From Takakia lepidozioides (Eukaryota; Plantae; Bryophyta), in NCBI GenBank assembly GCA_030704615.1, contig CM060734.1:38130001-38194000 (forward strand): a stretch of 64,000 nucleotides of DNA. The letters are read 5' to 3'. A model generated the notes under the pieces. That model was not told the DNA's origin, searched no databases, and saw only the letters and a program-made list of their open reading frames with translations. A program made the translations under genes and the position numbers. Shown here in pieces: positions 1 to 14,100 of this stretch. Position 1 is the stretch's first letter, and every line of letters begins with the position of its first letter.

Positions 1-2674
1 ACAACCCCCGTTCCCTTTTTAAAAAAAAAACTGCTATAGGCATCTCAAGAATATTTGAAGTACACTCGCTAAAAAAACAAATTGATACCATCTACTTGCA
101 AAACAGCTATAGCAGGTACAACTACCACACAACTTATGTGATCTCTCCTCTCCAAAACATCCAGCATGTCAAGTCTCAAAATGCTGAACATACCAGTGTT
201 GGTCTGGTATCTTGAATTGGAAATACCAGAAGGGTCCTGGTATGTATGCAGTGCTGATTTTTTTTAAGGCAGGTAGGTTTTCCAATAATGCATCCCCTGA
301 TTTTTTCAAGTATGAATCTGGTATGCATAGAGTGGTTTGTTAAGAAAATCAATCCGGATATGAGCAATGGTATCTGAATGTCAATAACCTAGAAATATGA
401 ACTCGAATATGGTATTAAAAAGATAAAAAAAAGATAAAAAAAGATACTAATATTCAAATTCAAATTCAATATTGAAATGGCCATTTGAATAATCAAGAAA
501 ACCACAAGGAAACCTGCTCATCTCATAGGATATCAACCCCCATAACAATTATACACTGAATCAGAATTGGCATAGTTAGTGTCTCGCAAAATGAAGATCA
601 TAAAGAGGCGCTCATAAACACATGAAACCCTCCACTATATGCATATTCATTTGATACCTGAACAGACCTGCATCGACGAGTGCTCTCTGGTAGGGGCCGG
701 GGGAAGGAGAACCTGAACTGCCGTCTGGTAGGGTTTGGGGGGCCGCCAGGGAACTTGAGAACCTTATGGTAGGGTACTACAAATGTTTACCGGGAGAGAG
801 AACAGTAGGTTAGGAGAGACCAGGGTTGATACCCGGCGAAACCCAGATACCAGACTAACACTAGAACATATGTTCGTTGTATCTCATAAATAACCTCCAT
901 ATCTAATCTCAAAATGTTGTATATACTATATACACTTGCTTCATCTATTCACTTCAGTCTTGTGATTGGTTATGTTTCAAGATGGAATCTTATCATAATC
1001 TAGCTAGAACTTATACAACTTTCTCCTCTTAGGTGAAGCCTTTATGGTACACTTAATATTTATGGAGGGCAAATTAACAAAGAGGGGAGTAGACAATCGT
1101 TAACAAATAACACTTAACATTTGCTAGTCTGCACAAGTAGGGGAGTAAAATTTTCTTAACATTTATGGTAGTTTAACGTTTATAGACCATTTATCCAGGG
1201 CAGACTGTAATGTGCCTCAAAAATCCTTAATGTGGATGAAAATGGGTGAGTGGGTTAATTGTTACTTCTAAGGTGTATTAATTGTTCTGAGTGAAAAACG
1301 TCTTGCAGAGAATGTTTTATGTGATTCGAGAATCCCTAGCCTGGCAAGGTGGGCCTCGCCTTACGTAACAGTCGTTTTCCAAAACTTTTTAATACAGGAA
1401 ACCTGAGAGCGACAGCCCAAAATTCAGGCCCTTGAGGAGGGGGAAGTATAACCCCCTTTCATTTATGGGCCTTTGAGACACACTGGACGAATAACGCCAA
1501 GGCAAAGCACCACGAACAATACACACACGGTGCAGGGCAGCGGGTTTGACCCGCGACCCACCAGGGTGCCACACTGTGCACTTACCAGCTGATCTCCTGA
1601 ATTCTTTGATGTGCATTTTTGGTTGGTAATAAGTGTATCTGAATTTGCAGCTGACTGTTATTAGGCGTTCAGAAAACAGCCTGGCTTATTGTGGTTTCTA
1701 TTAATTAATTGATTCATGTTTGCTCTTTTTTTTTGGGGGCCATGCCTTTGCAGAGCCCACTATTTACTAACGTGGTAGGTAGGAAGTTAGTAGGTAGTAA
1801 GAGGGGGGCATCCCTTATATACCCTCTATGGGCGGTGGGACCCTTCTAGAACCCCTATGACCCTTGGACCCTTCTAGAAGGCCCTGGACACATGTCAACC
1901 CTACAAGACTCCCTATTCTAAATTTGGCCAATTCATCCATTTTATTTTTTTTGACCCCCTCATCTCATTCTTTAATACACATGGCCTTCCTACATAAGCG
2001 CCCCACTCTAATTCCTTGGCCACAGTAATTTCTGGACCACTCTAGAATGAGGGTCCGGCTGAAACTGCTCTACATATTGGGTTCTTTCCGGCCTGAGGTA
2101 AGGAACTGGTTCAAGACAATTTACTTTACGTCGGGATTCAACATTTTCTGGCGGCTTTTATGTGCCAGACCCTAACCGGTAGAGAGAGACTACGCCAAAC
2201 GAAGTTAGGTTAATACGAGCCCCTTCCCCGTTTGTGCGATATAGAAGAGGTGGCGGTGAAGCAAGTTCAGCAGCTCGCCATGTTTTCATAGACGTTGTAG
2301 CATGAATGTTTCGTGCCAAGAGAAGCAAGCAATACCGATATCGAGGATAGGCACAGACAGAAAGTTGCACCTCATGTCCGAAGATTTGCAACTGGGTCGA
2401 GGAAGGAGGAAGGAAGAGAATTAATGCAAGGTACAGACATAGAAGGAGCCACGGGCAAAGGAATTGGCCCTGGGACTGCTACTGGCACCTGCACCTCATA
2501 AGGCTCACTGCTAGAGCATGCAACCCCTAAATTTAGCCCCTGAGGAGGCTCAACAACTGATCCATTCAACTCATTGTTGGTCCTAATATCCTCAAGCTCC
2601 TTCGAAGCATCCTCAAAAGTGTGACGTACACCATTACCAAAAGGCTCAGCAATACGACTCATAGCTGTTCTTTT

Positions 2675-3614
2675 CTACACCTCAATAGTCTGGTCATAGC
2701 TCCTATAGGAAGTCTCATTTCGATGGCCAGTAAGGAGCATTCTCACCTTTGTAGGGACCCCTGCTTGAATCATAGTCTGGATTGCAGCGTAGTGTGGACT
2801 TTTATTAGTGTAACCATGCCATGTAGTAGCATCAATAAATGTCATCATGTTTTTTATCCAACTCCCAAGGGGCTTCACCAAGATTATTGGTGTTCTACCA
2901 AGCATGGGATTGAGGATTTCCAGCAATAGGCTGCAAGAAAATGTGTCGACCTTGCTAGGATCATCTTTCCTGGGAGAATGCGTCAGAAGCTGCCTATATG
3001 TCAACACAACATCTTCCTCATAGCAAGGAACTGAGTCTCTAAAATGTTCCTCCTGGAATCTACTCATAGAGATAGCATAATTTTCAGAGTGCCTTTGAGA
3101 AAACGGTACAAAGGTTCCATACATATCAGCCCCTTTCTTAAAGTCAATGTCCTGCAATGCATGGACCTCTTTCTGACCACGCACCATGAAGCATGACAGA
3201 CAGTAGAAGCACCACCTTTTCAGCAAACTTGTAGCCCTAGTAATCTGGTGATCCGGATCATTGTAAAGGTCAACATGATCTCTCCAAGTAATTGGAGTAT
3301 TTTTTTTTCCTCTTCTTATTAGCTCCGTTTTTCACACTCCTATCCATGTGTAAAACCAGAGCACCACGTGCACGCTGAAAGCAAGGTGAGTCTGAATCAA
3401 AATTGGAATCTCATCTGCATGGTTCCTCATAATACGAGCAAGCTGAGCACGACTTACCAGAAGCAGAAAATGTCATGGAGAGTGTTGCACTAGGGTACAA
3501 ATTTCCATTCAGCTTCCTAAGAGAAAGGATAAATGACATCATGTATTCACCAAGCACATCAAGGGGCAAGTCCTCTGGTTTTACAACACTGTCCATGCCA
3601 GAGCTTCCCTCCAA
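2675..3614 (-). pseudogene. Crypton/DUF3504-like tyrosine recombinase, fragmented
   Basis: ORF 3411-3614 (FILSLRKLNGNLYPSATL) and ORF 2675-3226 (RGQKE...YTNKSPH...AGV...MLLTGHRNETSYRSY) carry the R...(H/K)SxR...TGH...Y pattern of Crypton/DUF3504 tyrosine recombinases. The frame is broken between the two ORFs. Confidence 0.65.
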
Positions 3615-6509
3615 AGATCAAAGCGCTTGCGGAACCAGATTTCCGGCCCCTTACTGCGATTAGTAACCATACCGACATATTAAGTAAGATAATGTCCATC
3701 CGTCGAAGCAATCTCAAATAATCCTCGCAGCAGACTCACTGCTCCCGCAGCTCGCCCTTAGCTCGGATTATTCTCGATAATGCTCCTCCACATTGATATT
3801 ATCTAGTACTTAATAGTTATATGGCTGTGTTTTTCCCTGAATCAGGTATGATATTATTAGCGATAATTGTCTCCATATGCAGGTGTCTCCATAATGAAAA
3901 CACGTTTTGGATGAAATGTTGGATGACAAATAGCCATGCCGATATACTAAGTAAGATAATGTCAAGCAGGTACACAATCTGACGGGCAATCTACGTAACA
4001 ATCATCAGCAGCAGGTACATAATCTGACTGGCAGTCTGCCGTAGCTTCGAGCAGTTCGGATAAGCGCGTAATAATAATCAAAACCAACCAGCCAGCAGAC
4101 CCCACCGCGTCACATGCTTGCCACTTTAGCATAGTCCTTGGGGTATTAATCCTAAGCAGCAGGAAACTTGATTAATCTGCCGGTCGTTCATCACACGCGA
4201 AACTCGGTGTTAAGCGAGTATATCACAAGGTATTATTGAGTGGGCCCCACATGCCATTAGGGCGGGTAAGGTGGTGCCGGAGTTCTGCTTTTTAATCCTC
4301 CTCCAAATCGCCGTACTAGGCAGGCAAAATCCTTTACTACCTAAGGTTATACTGGAAAACTTGTCAAACCCCGAAGCAGCAGGTGCTCTCAAGACACGAT
4401 CGTCGATAACCAGCCAACTCTCTTTACTCTCTCTTTTACTGAGGATGGCAATTGCGAGTGGGACCTCCGACCTTCCCTGCGCTCATCGAAATCTTACAAC
4501 CGTAAACGTTGCACGTATGTCTTGGAGATACTTGGATACTGAAAATCTTACAGTTGGGAAGCATTCTGCATATAGTTCAATGTTGGCTTTCTATGGCAAG
4601 AGACAAGATCGTGAGGAGGAAGAATTGGGAGTAAGGGGACAAGGATGGAAGAAGAAAAGAAACTACGTGACATCCACTGGGTTCCCAAGCCCCCATGGGA
4701 CAAGAAAAGAAAGAGCAGGAAAGAAAGAAAATATTGTACGTTCATGGGAGGCCCAAAAGCACCATGCAAACCACAACAAAAGAGCATCCGAGACACCCCT
4801 GCCACTCTAGCATTTAAATGCAGTTACAGACATGTGATCTTGATGAAAGAGGATAAGCATACCAAACCTTCATAGTATGTATGCCTCCGAATTGAAATGG
4901 CTGCGAGGCTGGTCGCATCTGCACCTTTACTCCACGTGAATACCACCCATCTTTTGCTCTTTGCAGACGATCTTGACAACGTGCCCTTTATCTTCAATGA
5001 GAACTTATCAAATTTTCAGTTCTTCCATATGGCTTCCTCACTTGCTCTGGTACGAGTATCCACATGCAATATTTATAACTATATATTAATTGTATGTATA
5101 TTGTATATATGTTGGAATTTACAATCTGTTTTTCTGCTGGATACTTGATAATTGATGAGACTGTACTTCAAAATGACGCCTAAACGACACCAGTCTTGAT
5201 ACCAGGGACGAGCCGGTATTGCGATCATGATATTCATACTAGTATTTAGGAAAAAAAACATCTGCCATACATATACTAGACTAGTATGTACATTTTGTGA
5301 AACCTTTGGTACTCGTACCAAGTCTGGTATGTGCTAAACGTGATACCATACCTAAATTTATCTGGAATTTCAGATGGTGATATACAACCTTCCGACCTTG
5401 CTATGGCAACAGCTTCAGTCTAAATTGTCGTAAAACTGTCTTCTATTTGAGACCTTGCAGTCTGCTTGGGCATTGCCCAAGCGGGTTGACAGCCATTAGT
5501 ATCTCTTGGTGGATGGTTGGAAGACTACAGTGGATATAGTCCTGCATGTTGATGACCTGGCTCCGCCCTCGTGGCAAGTCTCTAACACTCTTGAAGCACC
5601 TCGCGTGGGTTGCTTAAGTACCCTACACACTTTGATCGTCCAATCTCAACTCAATATCAACAACATGCACGACTAGCGGACGCTTGGATAGCCATGTTGT
5701 GCCCGTAGATGCTCGACCTGTCGCAGTAAACGGCCGGTTAAAGAACACTAGGTAACAATATCCAGGTGACGCACTAAGACTTAGCATGAGTTACATATAC
5801 CAGGATTTTCTCCCTAGACACGTGACATGCAAGCTTTGATTGATGTACAAGTTGGTATAAAGATCCCCGCTCAGCCAGCCTGGTGCATGATGGGGCAGAA
5901 CCATTAAGTTCGTTGGAGGTTCAATTCCTCTGAAAGTGAGAGATTTGCCTTATCATGGCTTTCAGTTGTGGATTAAGCATGGTGTTGTGGTGGGGTATCT
6001 CTTGATCCATAATGTACAAATTCCCTCACATCTTTTTATTTCATTTATGGCATGACAGTGTGCCAGGGACAGGGGGAGTTGCAGTATCCAAGTACTTGCG
6101 AGACAATCTCACAAGATGCCATGAATCTAATGACCCATCCGAACTGAATGTCGCTGCCCGGGCTGAAACTGCCCATAACCGAGTACATGAAGGCAAATGT
6201 GATGTTTGAAGACATACTTGCACAGGCGCTTGCCAACAAATAGTTCTGCCCAAGATAACGAGGCCAAACTAGTCATGCCAAGGCCCTTCACTACATGAAG
6301 CAGAAGTTTTTGACAAAAACAAGCTTTAAGAAGCTGTAAGAGAACAGACCGTGCAAAGGAAGTTGACCAGGTGTCCTCCCTAGCTGGGGGACCATGCTTT
6401 GTACTTTCAATCATAGACTCTAGCGAACAAACAGGCTTATTTATGTGAAAACTAAACAGAAGCAAGGAGCAGGGGGGAGCTGCAAGATCCAAGTATTTGC
6501 GAGACAATC

Positions 6510-8274
6510 TTACAAGCTGCTATGAATCCGGTGACGTATTGTCTCTTCAAACTTATCCACAACCATCGGAGGCAATCGTATTGCCTCTTCAAACTTCTCC
6601 ATAACCCTCGGTGGCAGTCCTATCATCACCTTCAAATTCTTTCCCCCCTCATTTCCATCAGGCATTGTAAAGAAAACCATCTCACGCCCTCGAGTGACAG
6701 GTCCACAGTAAATTGGCTTTCCCCACCCGAAGTCAGTCTCATAGAACGCCAATCGGGACCATTTGGAAATCATAAACGGCATATCCATCAAAGATGGCCT
6801 CATCTTCATGAACTGAAGGTAATCAATTGCGGATCTCAAGTATTTGTCTGTGATCAAAGCAATCCCTTCTTGTATAAGCCTCACTGCATAAGACAGAGGC
6901 TTGGATAGGAGCTCATAAGCTGTGGTCATAGCGTAAGCGTCATAAATTGAGTTACCAACATAGTCGGACGGAATAGGCGGCACAAACTTTGAACGCACAT
7001 CAACTGCCATGAGGAGTCTGGTTATCTGAGATGGCTCCATTCCAAGTGCTTTGGTGCGTGCGCGCCAAACATGAGCTGCGAGCGTCTCGAAAGTGGAGCA
7101 CTTGCTCACATAACCCCCGGGCTTTTCCAATGTTTGTCGTCTTAACTCTGTGAGGGTTTCACGGGTGAAATAGAAAATGTTGTAAACAAAATCATCATCC
7201 GAGAGATCTTTTGACAGATCGACTATCTCGTCGCATTCGTGGTGTGGGAAGTCAATCTGAATTGGAGATCGTGGGCGAAGGATTGTACGGTCCAAGAATG
7301 GAGTTTTCAAAGGGGTACTGTCTCCACGCGCTATAGCAGCCCAAGCATTTATAAACTGCATGGCTGCGGTGCCGTCCACAAACGCATGGTTGACGCCTAA
7401 GCCCAAGACGAACCCACCACACCTGAACCTTGTCATCTGCTGGCAGAGAGGGGGATCCACTGATTCAATCCAAACTTAGCTGTTTCTGAGTTCTACTTGA
7501 GGACTCAGACATGCAGTATTGAGCACATTATTATGACGTATGATATCGAATTTAAAAAACTTGCTGGGTCGTCGTCTAAAATCACCAAATGGACCTCAAT
7601 TACAATGTGCACAAGCATTTGAGGAAAGATGCATTCATATCCAAATATCAATCAATCAAAATTTACTCTATTCAGGAAGGGTTTTAAACACTTATGTACA
7701 GTGTGCAGGAAGTTTCAAATCTCGCACTACATGCATACATGGTGCCAACTATAAAACACGAAATTTCAAGGCTTCCGTTATGAGACTTTACCTGGACAAC
7801 CAACGGTGGCGTTACAAGTAGCTGATTCATTCCCTCCTGATTCTTTGCCTCTGGAACTAAGTAGACCAGTTGCATCAATTCCGGATCAGGCTTGCCAAAC
7901 TCAGTATAGTTTTCCAAGTAAGATATGGTGGCATCTGCCTCAGCTTCCACAAACACCGCCCCTTTGCCATTGCAGTTGACTTCGAGTCTCCCCTCCAAAT
8001 TGATCTGAAGCCTTCCTGCTAGAGGGTAGTACGGGACAAGTATCTTGGAAAGTGACTCTCTTATCGCTTTTGCTAGATAGCCATGATTTTTGGTAGGATT
8101 GGCGCGATACACGTAAATAGTGTGTTGTGTAATAGCCGCAGTCTGATCAATGTTGCTAAGATACATCACATGATTTCTGGTAGGCGCATCTGGAGCAACT
8201 ACAGTTGGGTCTTTCAAGATCACTTGTATCTTCGAAATTGGCTCAGCTACGACGATATCCATGCTATCTGGCAT
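6510..8274 (-). CDS. BAHD acyltransferase (HXXXD-type), 2 exons: 8274-7792, 7436-6510; ~469 aa
   Basis: YYPLAGR, HAFVDG (HXXXD) and DFGWG motifs. GT-AG phase-0 intron 7791-7437 after ...LVVQ, the conserved BAHD 'Q' intron position, joining to MTRFRCGGF. Confidence 0.93.
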
Positions 8275-11102
8275 TTCTATTTTTTTCTTCGACTAAAATG
8301 GAAGCGAGAACGTCAAAGTGTCCTCAAATCTGGATGTGTAAGATGTTTCGGAAGCTGATAGCATTCGAATGACCTCAAAACGGAAGTTACGAGGTTAGAT
8401 ACTTCGAACTTGATGTCGCGTCGTGGGTCTTCCTTCCTTCCCCTCCTTCCTCGACCCAGTTGCAGATCTTCGGACATGAGCTTATATGGCTGTACAAATT
8501 GTCTGTCTGTGCCTATCCTCAATCGTTCTTGCTTGTTTCTCTTCCTGAGAAGAAGCATTCAAGCTACAACGCCTATGAAAACATGATGGTCTGCTGAACT
8601 TGCTTCACCGCCACCTCTCCACCACCACCGGTAGCTCGGCACTATGTTCCAGACACAGATGGGATAGTGCCGGGATGCCTGGGGCCTCCAACCTGCCCGC
8701 CTGCCACGTCCCCTCCGCCACGCGGGCACACAAGCCCTTCTGACGTACGGTAGTCTCTCTACCGGCTAGGGTCTGGCGCAATAAAGGCGCTGTAATCAGC
8801 TCTTTAGGCTGATAACTCCAAATTTCAGTAGGATCTATCGGCCCAATCGGAATTCACTTTTGGTAAACTCCAAGTCTGTACCAGGACACAAGGGCCTCGT
8901 GATCGCCCTATGCAAGATTCTCGTGACCACACCGCCACTTCCCAAGTTCGTCTGACTTGCAGGGCCACCTGGCACACCCAGCCAGGTGGCAGGCGAGCCG
9001 CATGCAATGCTAATTTACCGTACAAATCTGTCAAAGATGTTCTTTGTATGCTGATGATCCGAGGCTGGAACTGAACATCGCAATCAAGCAGGTAGCCTAG
9101 ATCGTATGGGGATTGCTCCACTGCAACAGTCAGTTGACGGTATGAAGTCCGTTGCAGGAATTGGTACGATGAAGTAAGTACTCATGATGATGCTGACATC
9201 ACCTAACTTCTCGCAGATCGCGAAGCTAATTTAACGGATATCCAAATTGCTTCATCTATGAGAGCCGGACCGATTGGCCTCTCGGTGAGGATTCACACCT
9301 TTGGTCTCGTGGAATTTTGGGCCTCCAGGTTCTTCTCTCCGCATTAATCTTGTCTCTCCCTAAGTTGAGGGATCGCAGCTACATATTAGTAATATGTAGA
9401 TTTGAAGACTGCAACGCCCTTCAACTTGCAAAAATGCTCCATATGAAGGCCCCTTCAAATCAGGGCCCTTCAAAAGAAAGACCAGATAAAATCTGAACCT
9501 TTCATCATGGAGGGCTAAGAAAAAAAAAAACTTGCAAATGAAAGTCTAAGTTTAGTATTGAAGGGTTCAAGCCTCAAGGTACAAGTGCTTAATAATCAAG
9601 GTGCATCATTGCCCAAGTTGCAATAGCCATTGGAGGTTCCAAATTCCAATGGCTATTGCAGTTTTGCCAATGTGCCAAATTCCATTGCCATTGAGTGGGC
9701 CTACATGCACTGCACCGTGTACTGCTAGCAGCAAAATGTGTGTATGGCTATGGCAAATTCTTAAGTCTTTAGTGCATGTGACCTGCCCTACCGTGCAGCG
9801 GGCTGAAGCTTATCGTGTTGCTTATGGTTGTTCAGCTTGCTTCTAGTTTCTTCGGCCGCTTTTCTTTGATCAACAGCTAACAACTGCTTGTTGTCTAGCA
9901 GCTTGGTTTTGTGGCCCAGATTTTAGGTAGTCTGCACTCTCTTTCTGCTCTTAGTTCTATGTCCATTGGTTGGCCCTGCATCTTGGGCCTGCCTTCTCTA
10001 CTTAGTTAGTAATTCCTGGAGCTTAGCTTCCCGATTTCCTCAGGGCTGCAGGTGGTATTCTTAGAACTAGGATGGGGCATTTCCATACCCCATTTTGTCT
10101 GGTAAGGGTGTTACCCAATCCCTCAAAGATGTAAGCCTCATGGCCTTCTGTTCTGTTATTTTCCCAGAATCCTTTATTAATATGATTTAAAGGGCTTCTT
10201 CCCCTTTTTATGTAAAAAAAGAAAAAGAAAAGAAAAAGATTAATGTAGAAATAGATTGAAGTTGAGGATGCATTGACGCGAGTTTCTTTATGTGAGATTT
10301 GGAGTGGCATGAAGATGTTCCATTGGAAATAGATTCGGATTGAATTTCTCTCATAATTTTTATCATATGTGGACTTGTCAAATGTGAAAGGACTTTCATC
10401 TACGGTACGCTTAGCATGTTTGTAGGCTGGATATGTGGGCCATAGACTTCGTCCGATTACTTCGGTTGTCCCAAATTTCCTTTGTGCAGTAGACCTCATC
10501 TTGATCCGACTAGCCTACTGGTTCGCCATCATGCAACGATACACAGTATTAACATTGGTGGAAATTCTTTAGGGTGGTACTTCAAGGGCCAAGGAAAACG
10601 CAACAGCTCACACTCTTGTTGTCTGCACCCTTCTGATGAAGCCAGGGTGCCAAATTCGGATATTCAAGGCATCTTTGCTACCGTCCTTTCTACTGAGAAA
10701 TGAGTTCTCACTTTTGAAATGCCTGGTGGTCAGGTCACACCACCCACGAGTCGGACGACACTGCAACAACAGTATGGCAGCTATTGATGGCAACTATTGA
10801 TGGTAACTTGTCAGGATCCCATGTGTCTTTTCACGAAACTTCCAACGACGCGTCACCGCACTCAACCCAGTATCCCCGCACGGAAGAGAGCTTTTATACC
10901 ACAAAATCCGCGAAAAGGATAAATAATCATAAGTGCCCTGCAAAATGACATTCTGCCCGGTTCTCTGCCCGCTCGAAACTTTTGGGTCGCCCGAGAATCC
11001 GATATGTAAGTTCAAGGCATTCTTATTGATTCATGTGATAGTCTCTCTCTCACTGAGCCCAGCTGATGTCCGAGTTGGTCTCTGGATTCGTGGGCCACAG
11101 CA

Positions 11103-14100
11103 ATGGGTAGGGAAGGACTGCATCCAGGATGTGGATTGGGCACACAGAAATTGTTGTGGGTGATTATGCTAGTATCTATGGCGTCGTGTTGTAGGAAGAT
11201 ACACACTGTGCGTGCCGCTCCGGTGGGCATGGACTTGACCAGGTGCGACCCTGCAATTGTCGACGAGCTTCCACTAGACTGCTGCTTTCTGCCCCACAAG
11301 AGACCCGAAATCAACTTCCAATTCAACACAGACTTGCCTATGCGGGTAAGGCGATCCATACGCAACGTGGATCAGGCGTACATAGAGAAGCTCAATCGCG
11401 CATATGAACTGATGAAAGCGCTTCCAGATGATGACCCCCGATCGTTCCTTCGTCAGGCCAACACTCACTGTGCCTACTGTGCAGGAGTCTACAGGCAAGC
11501 ATTCTTTAAAGTTCGCCCTGGCAGTAGTTTTTCTCCCTCAATCTATTCAACACGTTTCTCCGAATTACTTAGTCCCTGATAGCTAATTTCAGGTGTTTGA
11601 GTCCCACTCTTCTATCCTCATGATGGCGCAATTTCCTGAACAGTTGATCTCGTTATATCAATGGGAAAGGATGCGGAAGTCGAAAGAACCGCTATATCTA
11701 TGTGTTCCATATCCTACTAGCTTTCTACTGAAAAATTCATTTGACAAAGGTTGACTGTTTCGTTCGGAGCATGCATTGACTTAAATTCATGTAGGAACAT
11801 ATTCGTCTTCATGGGCTTTCCTTCGTGGTACAAACCTGAACCATTCTCACTTGATCAGTGGCATCCACGATCCGCATCCACTTGAACAAGACCAGGACGT
11901 CCGTGTGATATGGATACACTCCCTTGAACACGATGTGCGCTATCACCGTGTTCACCGTGTGATGTGGACACACTCCTTAATTGGACTACTTACGATATGT
12001 CCCCTATATGTATAGCGCACATTTCATGCCACATTAACCAACCAAGCCCCAATTGCAAAAGAGATTGTGAGAGGCCCCAACAGACAATGAATATAGTGCA
12101 CATTTTAATCTCCTTCATGGGTCAAACTTTTCGTAGTTCTCTCCTCACGTGCATACATGTAGCCATCACAAAGTTGGTGGAACGCCCCCTTCTCCTGTCC
12201 CCTCTTTCTTACTAATTGTAAGCACGTTAGCAATGAGCAACTGCAGATTTGAAGCAGATTGTAATTTAACATGAAGGCTTTAGCTACAAAGCTACAGAAT
12301 GAGCTATGCAGCGCCTCTCCATGTAACATCACTTATCTTACCACTAGACTACTAGCCACGAGTTGGTGCCAGTTGTTGAAATCAAGTAGCTTTCAATTAT
12401 CTAACAGTGGATCCGTCTCTTTGTTCTCTCAGACAAGTGAACTCCACGGAGACGTTGTCAGTGCACGCCAACTGGCTGACCTTACCCTTCCATCGCTGGT
12501 ACGTGTATTTTCACGAGCGCATACTCGCAACGCTGCTGGGCGACGACACCTTCGCGCTGCCCTTGTGGCAATGGGACGACCAAGCCGACGTCGACCCGCC
12601 GTCCAACGTGCTCCCCTCGATGTACGTCGACCGCCGAAACCTCGGGCTGTACGACGAGAAACGCAACCCGGCCCATCAGCCCCCCGCTATTGTCGACTTC
12701 ACCTACGCTGTTGAGACCGCCGGGGCCGCAGTCGCCAGCCCGGAGGACCAGCGGGCGATCAATAGAAACGTGCTTTACACCAACTTAGTCGGCGCTTCCA
12801 CCCCGCTCCTGTTCCTGGGGCAACCTTTCCGCGGCGGCGACATCCCAGAAGTGAACCCGTCAAGCTTCGACTTTCACCCCCACGGCAGCATCCACTTTTG
12901 GATAGGTTCTTTACCAAACATTTCAGTCGTTACTTGCAAACTATCTGTTCTTTGCTTAGTTCATGATACGCTAGTTGAGCGTTTAAGTTGCGAGATATGG
13001 AAGGCAACAACCTCTGCAGCTTGTACTCTGGAATATTCTTCTGCTTTTGTGAGGTGAGTCTCCAAGGCGTCAAATGCATTAAACGTGTAAAGGAGAATTG
13101 CTGTTGGAAGGCGCCCTGCAATTTGTTTCGAGATCCTAGATATTCACAGTAACCTCTTTCTAGTTCTGGCCCTTCCTAAATGCAGTAAGGGTGGTGACAG
13201 TACGAGGATATAGTGCAATCTGATTTCCGTGTACATGTGGGTGCAGGAGATGCAGAGAGGGACCTATTTCAGGACATGGGCGCATGCTCTATGTCAGCAA
13301 GGGATCCCCTTTTCTTTGTACATCACACCAATGTGGACCGTCTATGGGAACTCTGGAAGCACCTGCCAGGAGATCAACGTGGCGACTTTACTGACCCCGA
13401 CTGGCTCAATTCGGAGTTTTTCTTCTACGATGAAAACGCTGATCTTGTTCGTGTGAAGGTTGGTTTCCCTATCTCGCCTTCCCTCTCTGGAATAGTTATA
13501 CCTGCATCTACGTCTATAAAGGAACAATTTTGGTCCAAATTTGGGACGGTCCAGTAACACTTGCTGATTTGTACAGGTAGCAGACTCTCTTGATATGGAA
13601 AAACTTCGCTACAAGTACGAAGAGGTAGAGAATGACTGGCTCCGGTTCAATTCTACCCGTCTGAGCACCAAGCCAGCTCCAGTTTCAGTGTCTTCAGATT
13701 GTGCTCCGGAGTTCTTGGAGCAACTCATGAGCGGCATCGCCAAGCTTGTAAGGTTCATCGTGCCTTCATGGCAGACAGAGCGGATTGCCACACGAGGACC
13801 ACAAAATTTGCATATTACCAACATTACTCTTACCGGTGCAGTTTTCCAGGCTCACATCTCAAGGCCAGTGCCCATTATCATCCAAACCAGGGAGCCTGAC
13901 GCTTTTGGATTGCAAGCAGAGGAACCAGAATTTCAAGAAGTCCTTGCCATTGAAGGCATAAGGATACCATCAGGCGAACCAGTAGGGTTTGTCTTGTTTT
14001 TGAATTTGCCGGAGGCGGATGAGCATACACCCTGGAGTTGTACAGAATATGCAGGCGCTTTCTATCCCTATCCGACTACTGGAAATTCCCTAGCACGCAC

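Noticed and set aside
4271-4810. 179-aa ORF as a gene
   Set aside because: It has a non-ATG start, a low-complexity purine-rich 3' half and no recognisable motif.
11511-11512. GT donor after ...AFFK for PPO intron 1
   Set aside because: A phase-0 donor has no matching acceptor before QVNSTETL and would distort the CuA spacing. The GC donor at 11495 fits.
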